A program made the translations under genes and the position numbers. Below are positions 1 to 9,917 of a stretch of 58,521 bases of DNA, piece after piece. The stretch lies in NCBI GenBank assembly GCA_036628575.1, contig JAZKRQ010000001.1, positions 1-58,521 of the forward strand. Direction: 5' to 3'. The stretch comes from Halapricum sp. Its GTDB lineage: Archaea; Halobacteriota; Halobacteria; Halobacteriales; Haloarculaceae. The notes under the pieces are model-generated. The model saw only the letters and a list, made by a program, of their open reading frames with translations. It did no database searches and was not told where the DNA came from. Position 1 is the stretch's first letter; every line of letters starts with the position of its first letter.

Positions 1-125
1 GCAAGAAAATCCTATTCGGATTGGTGCCGCTATACAGCGACGGATCGCGTTCACCACCGAAGCGTTTATGTGCGCGCTGGTCGGATATTCGCCCAGAGAT
101 AACAAAAATAGTCGTGAATTTAATA

Positions 126-983
126 ATGGAAGCTAACTCAACGCTACGACATAGTAATCTATCCGATGGAGAGACGCTTCTGGGGCTCGGATCAGCCGGG
201 GCATTCCTGCTCGTCTCGGTGCTGGCAGTCGTGACCGATCAGTGGAAATTGCTGGCGATTAGCTGGGTCGCCTTCGGCGCGATGGCCGGCGGCGCTCTGC
301 TGGGCGCACGTACCCACGACCACCACCCGACCAGACTCGTCTGGGGATACGGACTGGCAAGCGGCGCGATGATCACCAGCGCCGCCGTGTTCCTGGTTCC
401 GCAGGCGATCAACCAACACGCCAAGATGGGGGGGTTCGGCATCGCTGCAGGCGTGCTCATCGGCTATAATGCCCACACGATCGGCCACCGGCTGACCCAC
501 CTGGATCTGCCGATGGACACGACTGCGACGGAACTGGCCGCCCACGCCCTCTCGGCGGGGCTGATCATCGGCGTCATCTACGGCGCGATGCCCGAACTCG
601 GACTATTGCTGGGACTCGCAATCGTCTCGCACAAGGGCCCCGCCGGCTACGCCGCCGCGCGACGCTCGACGCTGGCCGGCGTGTCGGCGCTGCCGATCCT
701 CTTGCCAGCCGCAGGGGTCGGCCTGACCGCGATCCCCATCGCGACAATCGCATTCCCCGAATCGGCGACGTTCAACGCCGCCGTCTTCGGGTTCGCTTCC
801 GGCGTGTTCCTACACGTCGCCATGGACTTCCTACCTTCGTGTGAGGTCGGCGGCGAGATCGACCAACTGGCCGACCACGACGACCACTCCCACGCACTGC
901 TAGATCGGATGCGAACCCATGCGCTCGCGAGTACGACCCTCGGCGGTCTGGCCGTGTTCGCCGCCTGGTTCGTGATTACGTGA
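126..983 (+). CDS. ZIP-family divalent metal (zinc) transporter
   Basis: Multi-TM protein with HALSAG, SHKGPAG and GVFLHVA motifs and a His-rich loop; ATG at 126 preferred over the TTG at 21. Confidence 0.85.
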   Translation: MEANSTLRHSNLSDGETLLGLGSAGAFLLVSVLAVVTDQWKLLAISWVAFGAMAGGALLGARTHDHHPTRLVWGYGLASGAMITSAAVFLVPQAINQHAKMGGFGIAAGVLIGYNAHTIGHRLTHLDLPMDTTATELAAHALSAGLIIGVIYGAMPELGLLLGLAIVSHKGPAGYAAARRSTLAGVSALPILLPAAGVGLTAIPIATIAFPESATFNAAVFGFASGVFLHVAMDFLPSCEVGGEIDQLADHDDHSHALLDRMRTHALASTTLGGLAVFAAWFVIT

Positions 984-1363
984 GTACCGACCAGTTCCAC
1001 CAAATATATAGAAATTTACTATATTAGTTAAATACTATTTACCAAATATGTTCTGAACATCTCCCGAACCGTCTCAGTCGTATGACCAGTAGTTGCTATC
1101 CGGGATAGAGTAGACCACTGGAGATAGTCGAAAGTACTGAAATTATCCGCCTATTCTGTTCGATATCCCATTATATATTAAAAATATGGGCACTATTCTA
1201 TTGATTTACCGTATTCACTTCACAAGAGAGCACGACGAATATCGGTAAGAAATATCCTATCTCAATGTGGTTCCCAGATGTTTTAGATGTCTATTTATAA
1301 TATATTCTTTATACCTATAAAACTGATATAGATGGTGGTTCGGCCGGAGGGCGCACCGTTAGT

Positions 1364-3301
1364 CTAGATCGATTCGATTCGGGTGTGGTCGATCTCGATG
1401 GCGGTGGCGTCCTCTTCGAGTAGCGCGACCACGAGATAGTCGGCGAATTCGCCGAAGTAATCCACGAGTTCGGCGATGCGTTCGGAGTCGATCGCTTCCA
1501 GCGAGTCGAGTAGCATGAATGGGACCGTCTCGTAGACCTCGTGGACGAGATATCCGGCCAGCGCAAACACCAACCCGGTCACCTCCCGCTCGGACTCGCT
1601 GAGGTGGTCGATCGTGTCCTCGTAGGTCGTGCCCGAGGGCGTCGATCGGACCACGTGTAACTCGAAGAACGTCTTGATAGCCTTGCGGCGACCCTCCCGG
1701 ACTTCCCGCTGGACACGCTCGATCCAGATCCGCTCCAAGTTATCGTAATCGAGCGCGCCGAGGACTTCCTCCATGTGGTCGTTGAACGCCTCGACCGCAT
1801 CTTCTTCCAGTGTTTCGACGCGAGTCCGGAGGTCAGTCAGTTCGTCGGTGATCCGCTCACGCTCGACCTCCAGTTCCGATTGTTCTTCCAGACGCGACTC
1901 GATCGCATCGATCTCACTCTCGACGTCCTCGAGATCGGTCTCCAAACGCCCGAGTTCGTATTCGAGTTCATTTGCCTCCCGGTGGAGGTCGAGGACTTCC
2001 TCGAACTGATCGGACTCGATGGCTTCAACGTCCGACTCCAGGTCTTTGACTCTCGATTCCAGCTCCGAGCGCCGCTCCTTGAGTTGCTCGACGCGGTCCT
2101 CGCGCCGTTTTAATTCGTCTTCGATCCGTGTGAGTTGCTGCTGGTACTCGTTCCGACGCGCCCGCTGTTCTTCCAGACCCTCCTTGTCAGCTTTCAAGTC
2201 GTCGAGTTCGTCGGCTATTTCGCGTTTCGCTTCGAGTTTCTCTTGGCGGAGGTCCCGAAGGTCGTCCAGCGTTCCCTCGATCTGCTCGCGGGGGACTTCG
2301 GAGCCACAGGTCCAGCAGACGACGTCGTCCTGCAGGAGTTCGTCAGTCGCGTGACCGCCATCGCCAGTCATCGCCTCGTAGACGTCAGTCCGCTCGCCCT
2401 CAAGCATCTCTTCGTTGAATCGGACCGTGCTCTGCAGGGAGTTGATCTCGCTGTCCAGCCGCCGGCGTCGTTCGCGCAGCCGGTCGATCTCGGATTCGAG
2501 GTGGTCGATGTCCTCTTCGGGCGTCTCCGGGAGCGCGTCGAGTTCCTCGCGAAGGGTTGCGCGGTCCTGCTTGAGCGATTCGATGCTCTCCCGTTCGGTC
2601 TCCAGGTCGTAGCGGACGTCTTCGAGATCGGTTCGGGCCTCGCGAAGTTCTTCGAGTTTCTCCTCGAGCTGTTGCTGTTCCCGACGCTGGGCTTGCACGT
2701 CGGCGTCCGCGGCGTCGATCTCCGCTTCCTTGTCGGCCAGCGCCGCCCGCGTCTCCTCGATCTCGTCTTGGAGATGGGCCCGTTCGGATTCGAGTTCCGG
2801 GAGCGCCTGCTTGCGCTGTTCGATCGTCTCGATCTCCTCATCGATCTCGGTCTTCTCCGATTCGAGGCGAGTGATTTCGGATTTGATCTCCTCGAGATCG
2901 ACCGGCCGCATGATGAGATCGCGCAGGTTCTGGCCGGTCGTGACCGCTCGCCTGGCCTCGTTTGACTCGAGGAGAAACGCGAACAGATCCGCCAGTTCGG
3001 GATCGTCGAGATACGGCTCGCCTTCGAACGAGACGGTATCGTCCCGGCGAACCAGTCGTCGTTTGTAGGTCGAGTCGCCGATCGCCAGCGTCACTTCTGC
3101 CTCGTCAGCGTCGCCCTTCATCGCGACGTCGTCGCTACCCATCGCGGCCATGATCGCCTGTAGGAACGACGTCCGATTGGTCGCATTCCGACCAGCGAGT
3201 ACGTTTACCCCGGGATTCAACTCGACAGTCGCGTCGTCGATCCCCCCGATATTACGGACCGAAACAGTCGCTTCTTTTTCTATTTGCTCCGTTTTAGCCA
3301 T
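1364..3301 (-). CDS. sph3: Archaea-specific SMC-like coiled-coil protein (Sph family)
   Basis: N-terminal GRNATNRTS P-loop variant, long acidic coiled coil, C-terminal LSESERE and LLDSLEAID; TATA-like AATATATA about 25 nt upstream of ATG 3301; adjacent to rdfA. Confidence 0.85.
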   Translation of the reverse strand: MAKTEQIEKEATVSVRNIGGIDDATVELNPGVNVLAGRNATNRTSFLQAIMAAMGSDDVAMKGDADEAEVTLAIGDSTYKRRLVRRDDTVSFEGEPYLDDPELADLFAFLLESNEARRAVTTGQNLRDLIMRPVDLEEIKSEITRLESEKTEIDEEIETIEQRKQALPELESERAHLQDEIEETRAALADKEAEIDAADADVQAQRREQQQLEEKLEELREARTDLEDVRYDLETERESIESLKQDRATLREELDALPETPEEDIDHLESEIDRLRERRRRLDSEINSLQSTVRFNEEMLEGERTDVYEAMTGDGGHATDELLQDDVVCWTCGSEVPREQIEGTLDDLRDLRQEKLEAKREIADELDDLKADKEGLEEQRARRNEYQQQLTRIEDELKRREDRVEQLKERRSELESRVKDLESDVEAIESDQFEEVLDLHREANELEYELGRLETDLEDVESEIDAIESRLEEQSELEVERERITDELTDLRTRVETLEEDAVEAFNDHMEEVLGALDYDNLERIWIERVQREVREGRRKAIKTFFELHVVRSTPSGTTYEDTIDHLSESEREVTGLVFALAGYLVHEVYETVPFMLLDSLEAIDSERIAELVDYFGEFADYLVVALLEEDATAIEIDHTRIESI

Positions 3302-3354
3302 GATTGGTGTACGGATCCGGGAATGTATATATTTTTTGCCTTCTGACACGCAGA

Positions 3355-3978
3355 TTATTCAGAGTCGTTCTCGATCAGTTCGAACACGTCGAACTGCTCG
3401 CCGGAATCGGTGTAGATCACCTGAACGTCCACGACGACGTCCACGTCGCCCTCGGGGACCAGCTCTGCTCGCTGGAGGGCCTCTATTGCGTCTTGTGTGA
3501 CCGCCGCCGATCTGTCCTGGAGTTTCTGGATGCGCTCGATCGCCGACTCGCGGCGCTGCTCGGGCGTCGGATCCGGTTGCTCGACGTCACGGTACTCACG
3601 AAGATAAGTGTGGATCGTCTGGTGAGTGACGAAGTCGCCTGTCATCGACTCGACGTCGATCCCGTTCCGTTCGAGTCGGCGCTCGACGCGCGTCCGAATG
3701 CCACCGCTCACGTCGTCGTCAGTCAACTGTGCGTAGAGACGATCGACGTCGACGTCGAGCACGCTCAATTCGCTCCGTTCGATCGCCGTCTCGAGAACGG
3801 CCCGGTTGAAGTAGTCGGCCAGTTCCCGGAGGCTCATCCCGTTATCGTCGGTAGCAAGCCATCGCCGCTCTAGCTCGTCCCCGATCTCGTCGAGACCGTA
3901 CGCCTCGATTACTCGCGCGACCTTGCTCCGGGGTTTCCCCCCGTCCGTCCGACAGGGGACGCTTTCGTTTTCGGGCAT
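3355..3978 (-). CDS. rdfA: Rod-determining factor RdfA-like protein
   Basis: KVARVIEAYGL, SLRELADYFN and DFVTHQTIHTYL motifs; directly upstream of the Sph gene as in Haloferax volcanii rdfA-sph3. Confidence 0.8.
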   Translation of the reverse strand: MPENESVPCRTDGGKPRSKVARVIEAYGLDEIGDELERRWLATDDNGMSLRELADYFNRAVLETAIERSELSVLDVDVDRLYAQLTDDDVSGGIRTRVERRLERNGIDVESMTGDFVTHQTIHTYLREYRDVEQPDPTPEQRRESAIERIQKLQDRSAAVTQDAIEALQRAELVPEGDVDVVVDVQVIYTDSGEQFDVFELIENDSE

Positions 3979-4126
3979 ATCAGAACTTCAAACAGCCGAG
4001 AGATAAATCAATTGCCGTCGAACGGCCGATGTTCTGGATTACGATAGTACGTTTGTAATCCGGCTTGATCACGACGGCCGTCGACAGACTGGCCCCACAC
4101 GGACCGTGCGCGAACGTCGGCAGATC

Positions 4127-4143
4127 GTTCATATATAACGAAC
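4127..4143. promoter_or_regulatory. Candidate operator, GTTCA-N7-TGAAC type
   Basis: gttca-tatataa-cgaac; similar 17-mers at 5216, 17223 and 17339. Confidence 0.45.
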
Positions 4144-4166
4144 GAAACGCACATTCACGACCAGTA

Positions 4167-5114
4167 TCAGCTCAGATGCGGCTCGTTTTCAGGGCTCTCC
4201 AGCAGGTCTCGAACACCCTGTCGAATCGATTCCTCGCTCGACAGCTCGGGTTCCCAGCCCAGCGCGGCGAGTTTCTCGATCGAGAGACGCATCTTGGGGA
4301 CGTCGCCACTCCAGCCGCGATCCCCACCCGTGTATTCGTAGTCGGGATCGACCCCCATCTCTTCGCTGACGATGTCCGCGATACGTGTGACCGATGTCGT
4401 CGAGCGCGTCCCGAGGTTGTAGGTGTTCATCGGCTGGCCGGTATTCTCGACGACATGGGCCATTGCGTCAATACAGTCGTCGATGTACATGTAGGATTTC
4501 TCTTGCCGGCCGTCGCCGAGGATCGTCAGCGAGTCGGGGTCTTGCTGGAGTTTGTAGACGAAGTCGGGAACGACACCTGCGCCGAACCGGGGGCCGACGA
4601 TGTTCGCGAACCGGAAGTTCCACACAGTGAACCCACGCGTGTGGGCGTATACCGACAACAGGGCCTCTTCGGAGAGCTTCGCCGCGCCGTACTCGCTGAT
4701 CGGTTCCAGGGGTGCGTAATCCTCGGGCGTTGGACGTGGGGCCTCACCGTACACTGTCGACGAAGACGTGAAGAGGATATTCTCGACGCCGACATCCGCC
4801 ATTCGTTCGAGGAGGTTGTACGTCATCCCCTCATTCGACTCGAACTGCTCGCGGGGGCGGTCAGCGTTAACATACTTGTCCGCCGCCAGGTGAAACACCG
4901 CGTCGAGGTCTGGGGTGACGATATCCTCGACGATAGCAGGGTCTTCCAGATCGCCCTCGATAAACTCGGCTGCCTCGGGGACCGACTCCCGGATCCCATT
5001 CGAGAGGTCGTCTACCACCACTACATCGTTACCCGGAACGAGCCGTCGTGTCAGTGCGGATCCGATCAACCCGGCACCGCCCGTGACGAGTACACGGCTA
5101 TCAGTGAGTTCCAT
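4167..5114 (-). CDS. galE: NAD-dependent epimerase, probable UDP-glucose 4-epimerase (copy 1)
   Basis: GGAGLIG Rossmann motif, TSSSTVYG, YGAAK; clustered with galT and galK; start set by match to copy 2 (MELTD). Confidence 0.85.
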   Translation of the reverse strand: MELTDSRVLVTGGAGLIGSALTRRLVPGNDVVVVDDLSNGIRESVPEAAEFIEGDLEDPAIVEDIVTPDLDAVFHLAADKYVNADRPREQFESNEGMTYNLLERMADVGVENILFTSSSTVYGEAPRPTPEDYAPLEPISEYGAAKLSEEALLSVYAHTRGFTVWNFRFANIVGPRFGAGVVPDFVYKLQQDPDSLTILGDGRQEKSYMYIDDCIDAMAHVVENTGQPMNTYNLGTRSTTSVTRIADIVSEEMGVDPDYEYTGGDRGWSGDVPKMRLSIEKLAALGWEPELSSEESIRQGVRDLLESPENEPHLS

Positions 5115-5215
5115 ACACCCGCCGAATCGGAGTAATAGTATATAAATGCATTGGTGTCTTGGGACAGTGTGTCCAACAGGCTGCCAACGGAACACCGGCA
5201 TGGCCGATACAGTAT

Positions 5216-5232
5216 ATTCATAATATATGAAC
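5216..5232. promoter_or_regulatory. Candidate operator in the galE / uORF-galT divergent region
   Basis: attca-taatata-tgaac. Confidence 0.5.
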
Positions 5233-5345
5233 AAGGGCGGAAGATGAGTCCGAAAACATGAGTCCGGCGCATCGGGGGATTTCCGGGCGAGTTGATGGGC
5301 GAAACCCAAAAATATACCACTAAGGAATGATACTCATCTAGGTGT

Positions 5346-5483
5346 ATGCACAAGCGCGAGTTGGCGAATCACAACGACAAGTACGTGATTTTCTTCGAGT
5401 TCGACGACGAATCGGATAGCCTGGCGACTGTCGACGATCCAGTGGCCGAGAAGAGAAACGAGCAGCCGATAGTAGAGGAATAG
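5346..5483 (+). CDS. Conserved 45-aa small protein upstream of galT (not in ORF track)
   Basis: MHKRELANHNDKYVIFFEFDDESDSLATVDDPVAEKRNEQPIVEE*; stop ends 1 nt before the galT ATG; paralogue at 33974-34087. Confidence 0.75.
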   Translation: MHKRELANHNDKYVIFFEFDDESDSLATVDDPVAEKRNEQPIVEE

Positions 5484-5484
5484 T

Positions 5485-6477
5485 ATGACTGAGCGACGCT
5501 GGGACCCGACGCGACAGGAGTGGATCGTTACGGCGACGCACCGCCAGGAGCGGACGTTCAAACCGCCGAAGGACTACTGTCCGTTTTGCCCCACCGAAGA
5601 GGGTGCGGAGTATCCGACGGCGATTCCCGACACGGAATACGACATGGTCGTCGTCGAGAACGGATTCCCCTCGCTCCAGCCCGACCCGCCGGAACCCGCC
5701 GTCGAGGGGAGCGATCTCTACCCGGTCGACGAAGCCGACGGCCAGTGTGAAGTCGTCCTCTTCACCGAGGACCACGACGGGACGATGTCGACCGAGCCGG
5801 TCAGTCGTTTCGTCAAGCTGGTCAAACTCTGGCGGGATCGCTACGAGTCGCTGGGCACGATCGACGATCACGAGTACGTCTACATCTTCGAGAACAAGGG
5901 CGAGGAAGTCGGCGTCACGCTGCATCACCCCCACGGCCAGATTTACGCCTATCCGTTCGTCCCGCCGACGGTGAAAAAGGAGCTCGAATCCAGCCAACAG
6001 CACCTGCGAGAACACGGCCAGTGTCTGTTCTGCGACATCGTCGACGAGGAAATATCAGATGGGGAACGCGTCGTCGCGCAGAACGACTCGTTCACTGCGG
6101 TCGTCCCCTACTTCGCGCGGTGGGCCTACGAGGTCCACGTCTATGCGAACGACCATCTCCCGTCGCTCGCTGCCTTCGACGAGACACACGAGCGGGCACT
6201 CGGTTCGATCCTCAAGGAAGTCCTCGTCGCCTACGACGGGCTGTTCGACGACGAGATGCCGTACGTGATGGGTATGCATCAGCAACCGACCGACGGCACC
6301 GGCGAAGAGTACGCGCACTTCCACATAGAGTTCTATCCGCCCAGGCGGACCGCGGACAAGCTCAAGCACTTGGCGGGAAGCGAACTCGGTGCCGGCACCT
6401 ACATCAACAACAAACTGGCCGAGGAATCGGCAGCGGAACTCCGCGAAAGCCTCGACGCAGCGAAAGAACGACTGTAG
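5485..6477 (+). CDS. galT: Galactose-1-phosphate uridylyltransferase (copy 1)
   Basis: RRWDP N-terminus, CPFCP, FENKG, catalytic HPHGQ, CLFC, GSELGAG. Confidence 0.95.
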   Translation: MTERRWDPTRQEWIVTATHRQERTFKPPKDYCPFCPTEEGAEYPTAIPDTEYDMVVVENGFPSLQPDPPEPAVEGSDLYPVDEADGQCEVVLFTEDHDGTMSTEPVSRFVKLVKLWRDRYESLGTIDDHEYVYIFENKGEEVGVTLHHPHGQIYAYPFVPPTVKKELESSQQHLREHGQCLFCDIVDEEISDGERVVAQNDSFTAVVPYFARWAYEVHVYANDHLPSLAAFDETHERALGSILKEVLVAYDGLFDDEMPYVMGMHQQPTDGTGEEYAHFHIEFYPPRRTADKLKHLAGSELGAGTYINNKLAEESAAELRESLDAAKERL

Positions 6478-6778
6478 AGTGCGGTCGAAAGGGAGAGAGG
6501 GTGAGTCATGTGGTACGGAATCGTACCAAGTGGGTGGCGTGACCGGTAGCAGCGGACCTGATCCGGTCTCGGGGCATCGGTTCGGGAGCGCCGACGTCAA
6601 CAGGAATGCCCCAGTCCGAATAGGTGGCCCGTAGATATTTATAATTTGTTGTATTTGAGATAGATATCTCACTGTTACAGTGACAGCTACCAGAAATATC
6701 ACGATGGTTCCTTCGACGCATAGAAAAGTCACCGACGATACCGATCTATTTAAAACATTGGGTGTCGTCTGTCATCGT

Positions 6779-7858
6779 ATGCGCACCGAACACGACTACC
6801 GTGTGGTTTCTCCGGGCCGCGTGAACCTCATCGGCGAACACACAGACTACACCGGCGGTCACGTGCTACCGATGGCGACGGATCTACACACACGACTGGA
6901 CGCGACCCCTGCCGAAGACGTGACCGTTCGATCGGCGGCGTTCGAAGAGGAGCTATCGTTCAGCATGAGCGAACGAAAGCGCAACGACGACTGGACCGAC
7001 TACGTCAAGGGCTGTTATGCGGTGCTCGACGAGGAGGGGTACCGGCCCGGAGGCTTCGATGGAGTCCTCTCCGGAGATCTCCCACTCGGGTCGGGCCTGA
7101 GTTCCTCTGCAAGTCTCGAACTGGCGATCATGGCCTTTCTGAATGACGCCTACGATCTCGGGCTTTCGAGAGAGCGCATGGCGGAGCTGAGCCAGCGCGT
7201 CGAGAACGACTTCGTCGGCGTGTCCTGTGGGATCATGGATCAGTTCGCCGTCGCGCTGGGTCAGGACGGACACGCGCTCCGGATCGACACCGGGACCCTG
7301 GAATACGAGTCGGTGGCGTTCCCCGAGGACGTCCAGGTGGTCGTCTACCACACCGGCGTCGAGCGGGAACTGGTCGATTCGGAGTACAATCAGCGACGGG
7401 AGACCGTCGAATCGGCACTCTCGACGCTAGAAGTCGGTTCCTCGAAGGAGATCACAGAAGACGATCTCGCAGCATTGCCGGACCTCCAGCGTCAGCGCCT
7501 CGGATACGTGGCTCGCGAGAACGAGCGCGTGCGTCGCGCGACGGCGGCACTCGAAGACGGCGACATCGAAACGTTCGGCGAGTTACTCCACAAGGCTCAT
7601 CGCGACATCGCCGAGAACTACGAGGCCAGTTGTGAGGAGTTAGACTTCGTCGTCGAGACCGCTGTCGAACACGGCGCCTACGGCGCACGGCTCACCGGGG
7701 CTGGCTGGGGCGGTGCGTCGATCGCGTTGGTCGACGCAGCCGAAGCGTCGTCGTTCGCGCGATCGCTACACAAGACCTATCAAGATCACTTCCCAGAGCA
7801 CGACCCGCACTTCCATTTGATCACGCCTTCGGCAGGCGTAAACGTCTCCAGGATCTGA
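6779..7858 (+). CDS. galK: Galactokinase (copy 1)
   Basis: PGRVNLIGEHTDY, PLGSGLSSSA, CGIMDQ, GARLTGAGWGG; TATTTAAAA about 25 nt upstream of ATG 6779. Confidence 0.95.
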   Translation: MRTEHDYRVVSPGRVNLIGEHTDYTGGHVLPMATDLHTRLDATPAEDVTVRSAAFEEELSFSMSERKRNDDWTDYVKGCYAVLDEEGYRPGGFDGVLSGDLPLGSGLSSSASLELAIMAFLNDAYDLGLSRERMAELSQRVENDFVGVSCGIMDQFAVALGQDGHALRIDTGTLEYESVAFPEDVQVVVYHTGVERELVDSEYNQRRETVESALSTLEVGSSKEITEDDLAALPDLQRQRLGYVARENERVRRATAALEDGDIETFGELLHKAHRDIAENYEASCEELDFVVETAVEHGAYGARLTGAGWGGASIALVDAAEASSFARSLHKTYQDHFPEHDPHFHLITPSAGVNVSRI

Positions 7859-7861
7859 GGG

Positions 7862-9856
7862 TCAGCGCTGGCCGACAGTGACATCCGCGAGTCCGCACTC
7901 GACGACACCCACGTCGTAAGCATCAACAGTGCTATCGCCGACGACCCAGGTCGCGTCGGTCGGCGCGTCGACCGCGAGCGCGGCCCCGGTAAAGTTCGTT
8001 ACCCAGGCGTACCCGTCACGGGCTGCGATGCGGACGCCGTCCGGAAGCGGTTCGTGATAGGTGACGCCGGCCCGATCGAGGAGACCTGCAGTGACCGCGT
8101 TCGCGAGTTCCCGTCCGGGCCAGACGCCACAGTACGTGACAGCTCCGTCACCGTGTTCGGCGTCGACAATCGCCGGCCGTCCGGACCCCGGGCCGCGCTC
8201 GTAGCGGCCGCCGACAGCGGCGTCGTCGGCCTTGAGCCACTCGGCCCACGTCCGGTAGTCGTAGATCTCGCCGTCGTAGGTGACGCGCGTCTCGACCTGC
8301 TGAGGAGTGGTCTCATGCTGGTCGACGGTTGCACCGACGAGCGGGGCCAGCGGCCCGGGCTGGAGGGTATCCGGCAACTGGTTGTATGGATTCTTCTCGC
8401 CGGTACGAGCGCCCAACAGCAGCTGTCCACCGCGTTCGACATAGTCTTCTATATGTGTGGCCAGATCGTCGTCGACCAGATACAGCGACGGAGCGACGAC
8501 GGCCGCGTACCCGTCGAGATCACGTTCCGGTGGGACGACATCGACCTGTACCCCCCGACGGCGGAGCGCGCGGTAATACGTGCCAACGTGGGCCCAATAG
8601 TCGAAGTCCGGGGCGTGGGGCTGAATCTCGGTCGCCCAGAGGTTCTCATAGCTGTGAAGCAGAGCGACCGGAGCGTCGACGGGGGCGAGCTCGAACAGCT
8701 CCTCTGCGGCGTCCGCTGCCTCTGCATAGCCGCGATCCGGCGAGCCATCCTGTTTCCGCAGGCCAGCGTGGTACTGTTCCTGTCCCTGCCGACAGCGCCG
8801 CCAGCGAAAGTACAGCACCGCGTCGCCACCGTGGGCCACTGCGTGGTGGGCCCACAGTCGCATCGCCCCGTCTGCGGGCTGTGGCGCGTACGGTGGCCAG
8901 TTGACGTCGCCCGGCTGTTGCTCCATCACCCAGAACGGCTGTTCGAGCGCGCCACGGTAGATATCGTGGTTGAGTCCGACCTGATCGGGATCGCCCGCCC
9001 GGAGTTCCGCAACCGTCGGCTCCTCCTCGCGGCGGTCCTGGACGAACCCAGTCGGGTAAGAGTCCCAGGCAACGAGATCAAGGTCCGCAGCCACGTCGTA
9101 AGCATCGAGCGACGAGAAGTGGCCCATGAAGTTGTGGGTCACGAACCACTCCGGGTTCGCGTCCCGGAGTATCTCAGTCTGTGAACGATTGTATGCAACG
9201 ACGCTATGGCTAGCGAATCGGTAGTACTCCAGTAGCCGAGACGGGTGGTGTTCGGCAGTGGTGTGTCGCGGCGGATCGACGGCCTCGAAGTCCGGGTACT
9301 GCTGACTCCAGAAGGTTGTCCCCCATTTCTCGTTGAGATCGTCGATGTCCTCGTATCGCCCACGGAGCCACTCGCGGAAAGAGTTCGCACAGTCGTCACA
9401 GTAACACCGGACTGTGTCGTGACAGCCGTACTCGTTGTCGGTCTGCCAGCCCGCGACGTGCGGGTTGTCGGCATAGTGTTCGGCCATCCGGGAAACGACC
9501 CGTCGGCTCTCCTCGCGATAGGCCGGGGAGTTGAAACAGTAGTGCCGGCGACTACCGAAGTGACGGGTGGTTCCGTCGGGTTCCTCTTGTAAGATCGCGG
9601 GACGGTCATCGACGAGCCACTTCGGCGGCGTCGCCGTTGGGGTACAGAGGATGACCTCCATGCCCTGATCGCCGATCAACTCGATCGCTTCGTCGAGCCA
9701 CTCGAACTCGAAGCGGCCGCGCTCGGGTTCGAGTCGGGCCCAGGAGAACTCCGCCATGCGGACGTACTCCAGACCGGCCGCAGCCATCTGTTCGACGTCG
9801 CGCTCCCAGCGGTCGTGCGGCCAGTGTTCGGGGAAATAACAGACTCCGACTGACAT
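7862..9856 (-). CDS. bgaH: Beta-galactosidase, GH42 (BgaH-like)
   Basis: GVCYFPEHW, AEFSWARLEP, TPTATPPKW, WQTDNEYGC, WVMEQQPG; no signal peptide. Confidence 0.93.
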   Translation of the reverse strand: MSVGVCYFPEHWPHDRWERDVEQMAAAGLEYVRMAEFSWARLEPERGRFEFEWLDEAIELIGDQGMEVILCTPTATPPKWLVDDRPAILQEEPDGTTRHFGSRRHYCFNSPAYREESRRVVSRMAEHYADNPHVAGWQTDNEYGCHDTVRCYCDDCANSFREWLRGRYEDIDDLNEKWGTTFWSQQYPDFEAVDPPRHTTAEHHPSRLLEYYRFASHSVVAYNRSQTEILRDANPEWFVTHNFMGHFSSLDAYDVAADLDLVAWDSYPTGFVQDRREEEPTVAELRAGDPDQVGLNHDIYRGALEQPFWVMEQQPGDVNWPPYAPQPADGAMRLWAHHAVAHGGDAVLYFRWRRCRQGQEQYHAGLRKQDGSPDRGYAEAADAAEELFELAPVDAPVALLHSYENLWATEIQPHAPDFDYWAHVGTYYRALRRRGVQVDVVPPERDLDGYAAVVAPSLYLVDDDLATHIEDYVERGGQLLLGARTGEKNPYNQLPDTLQPGPLAPLVGATVDQHETTPQQVETRVTYDGEIYDYRTWAEWLKADDAAVGGRYERGPGSGRPAIVDAEHGDGAVTYCGVWPGRELANAVTAGLLDRAGVTYHEPLPDGVRIAARDGYAWVTNFTGAALAVDAPTDATWVVGDSTVDAYDVGVVECGLADVTVGQR

Positions 9857-9917
9857 ACCGGGAGCGACTCGGGCCAGCGGCTAAAGAGTTTCTGTCAGGC
9901 CGAAAAGAGTGAGAGCG

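Noticed and set aside
1364-3301. SMC-like gene as a Wadjet or Lamassu defence system
   Set aside because: Motifs and the rdfA neighbour fit the Sph family; no partner defence genes
5346-5487. Programmed +1 frameshift fusing the small ORF to GalT (same frame offset in both copies)
   Set aside because: An in-frame TAG at 5473-5475 blocks it in copy 1, no shared slippery site was seen, and both galT genes have their own ATG
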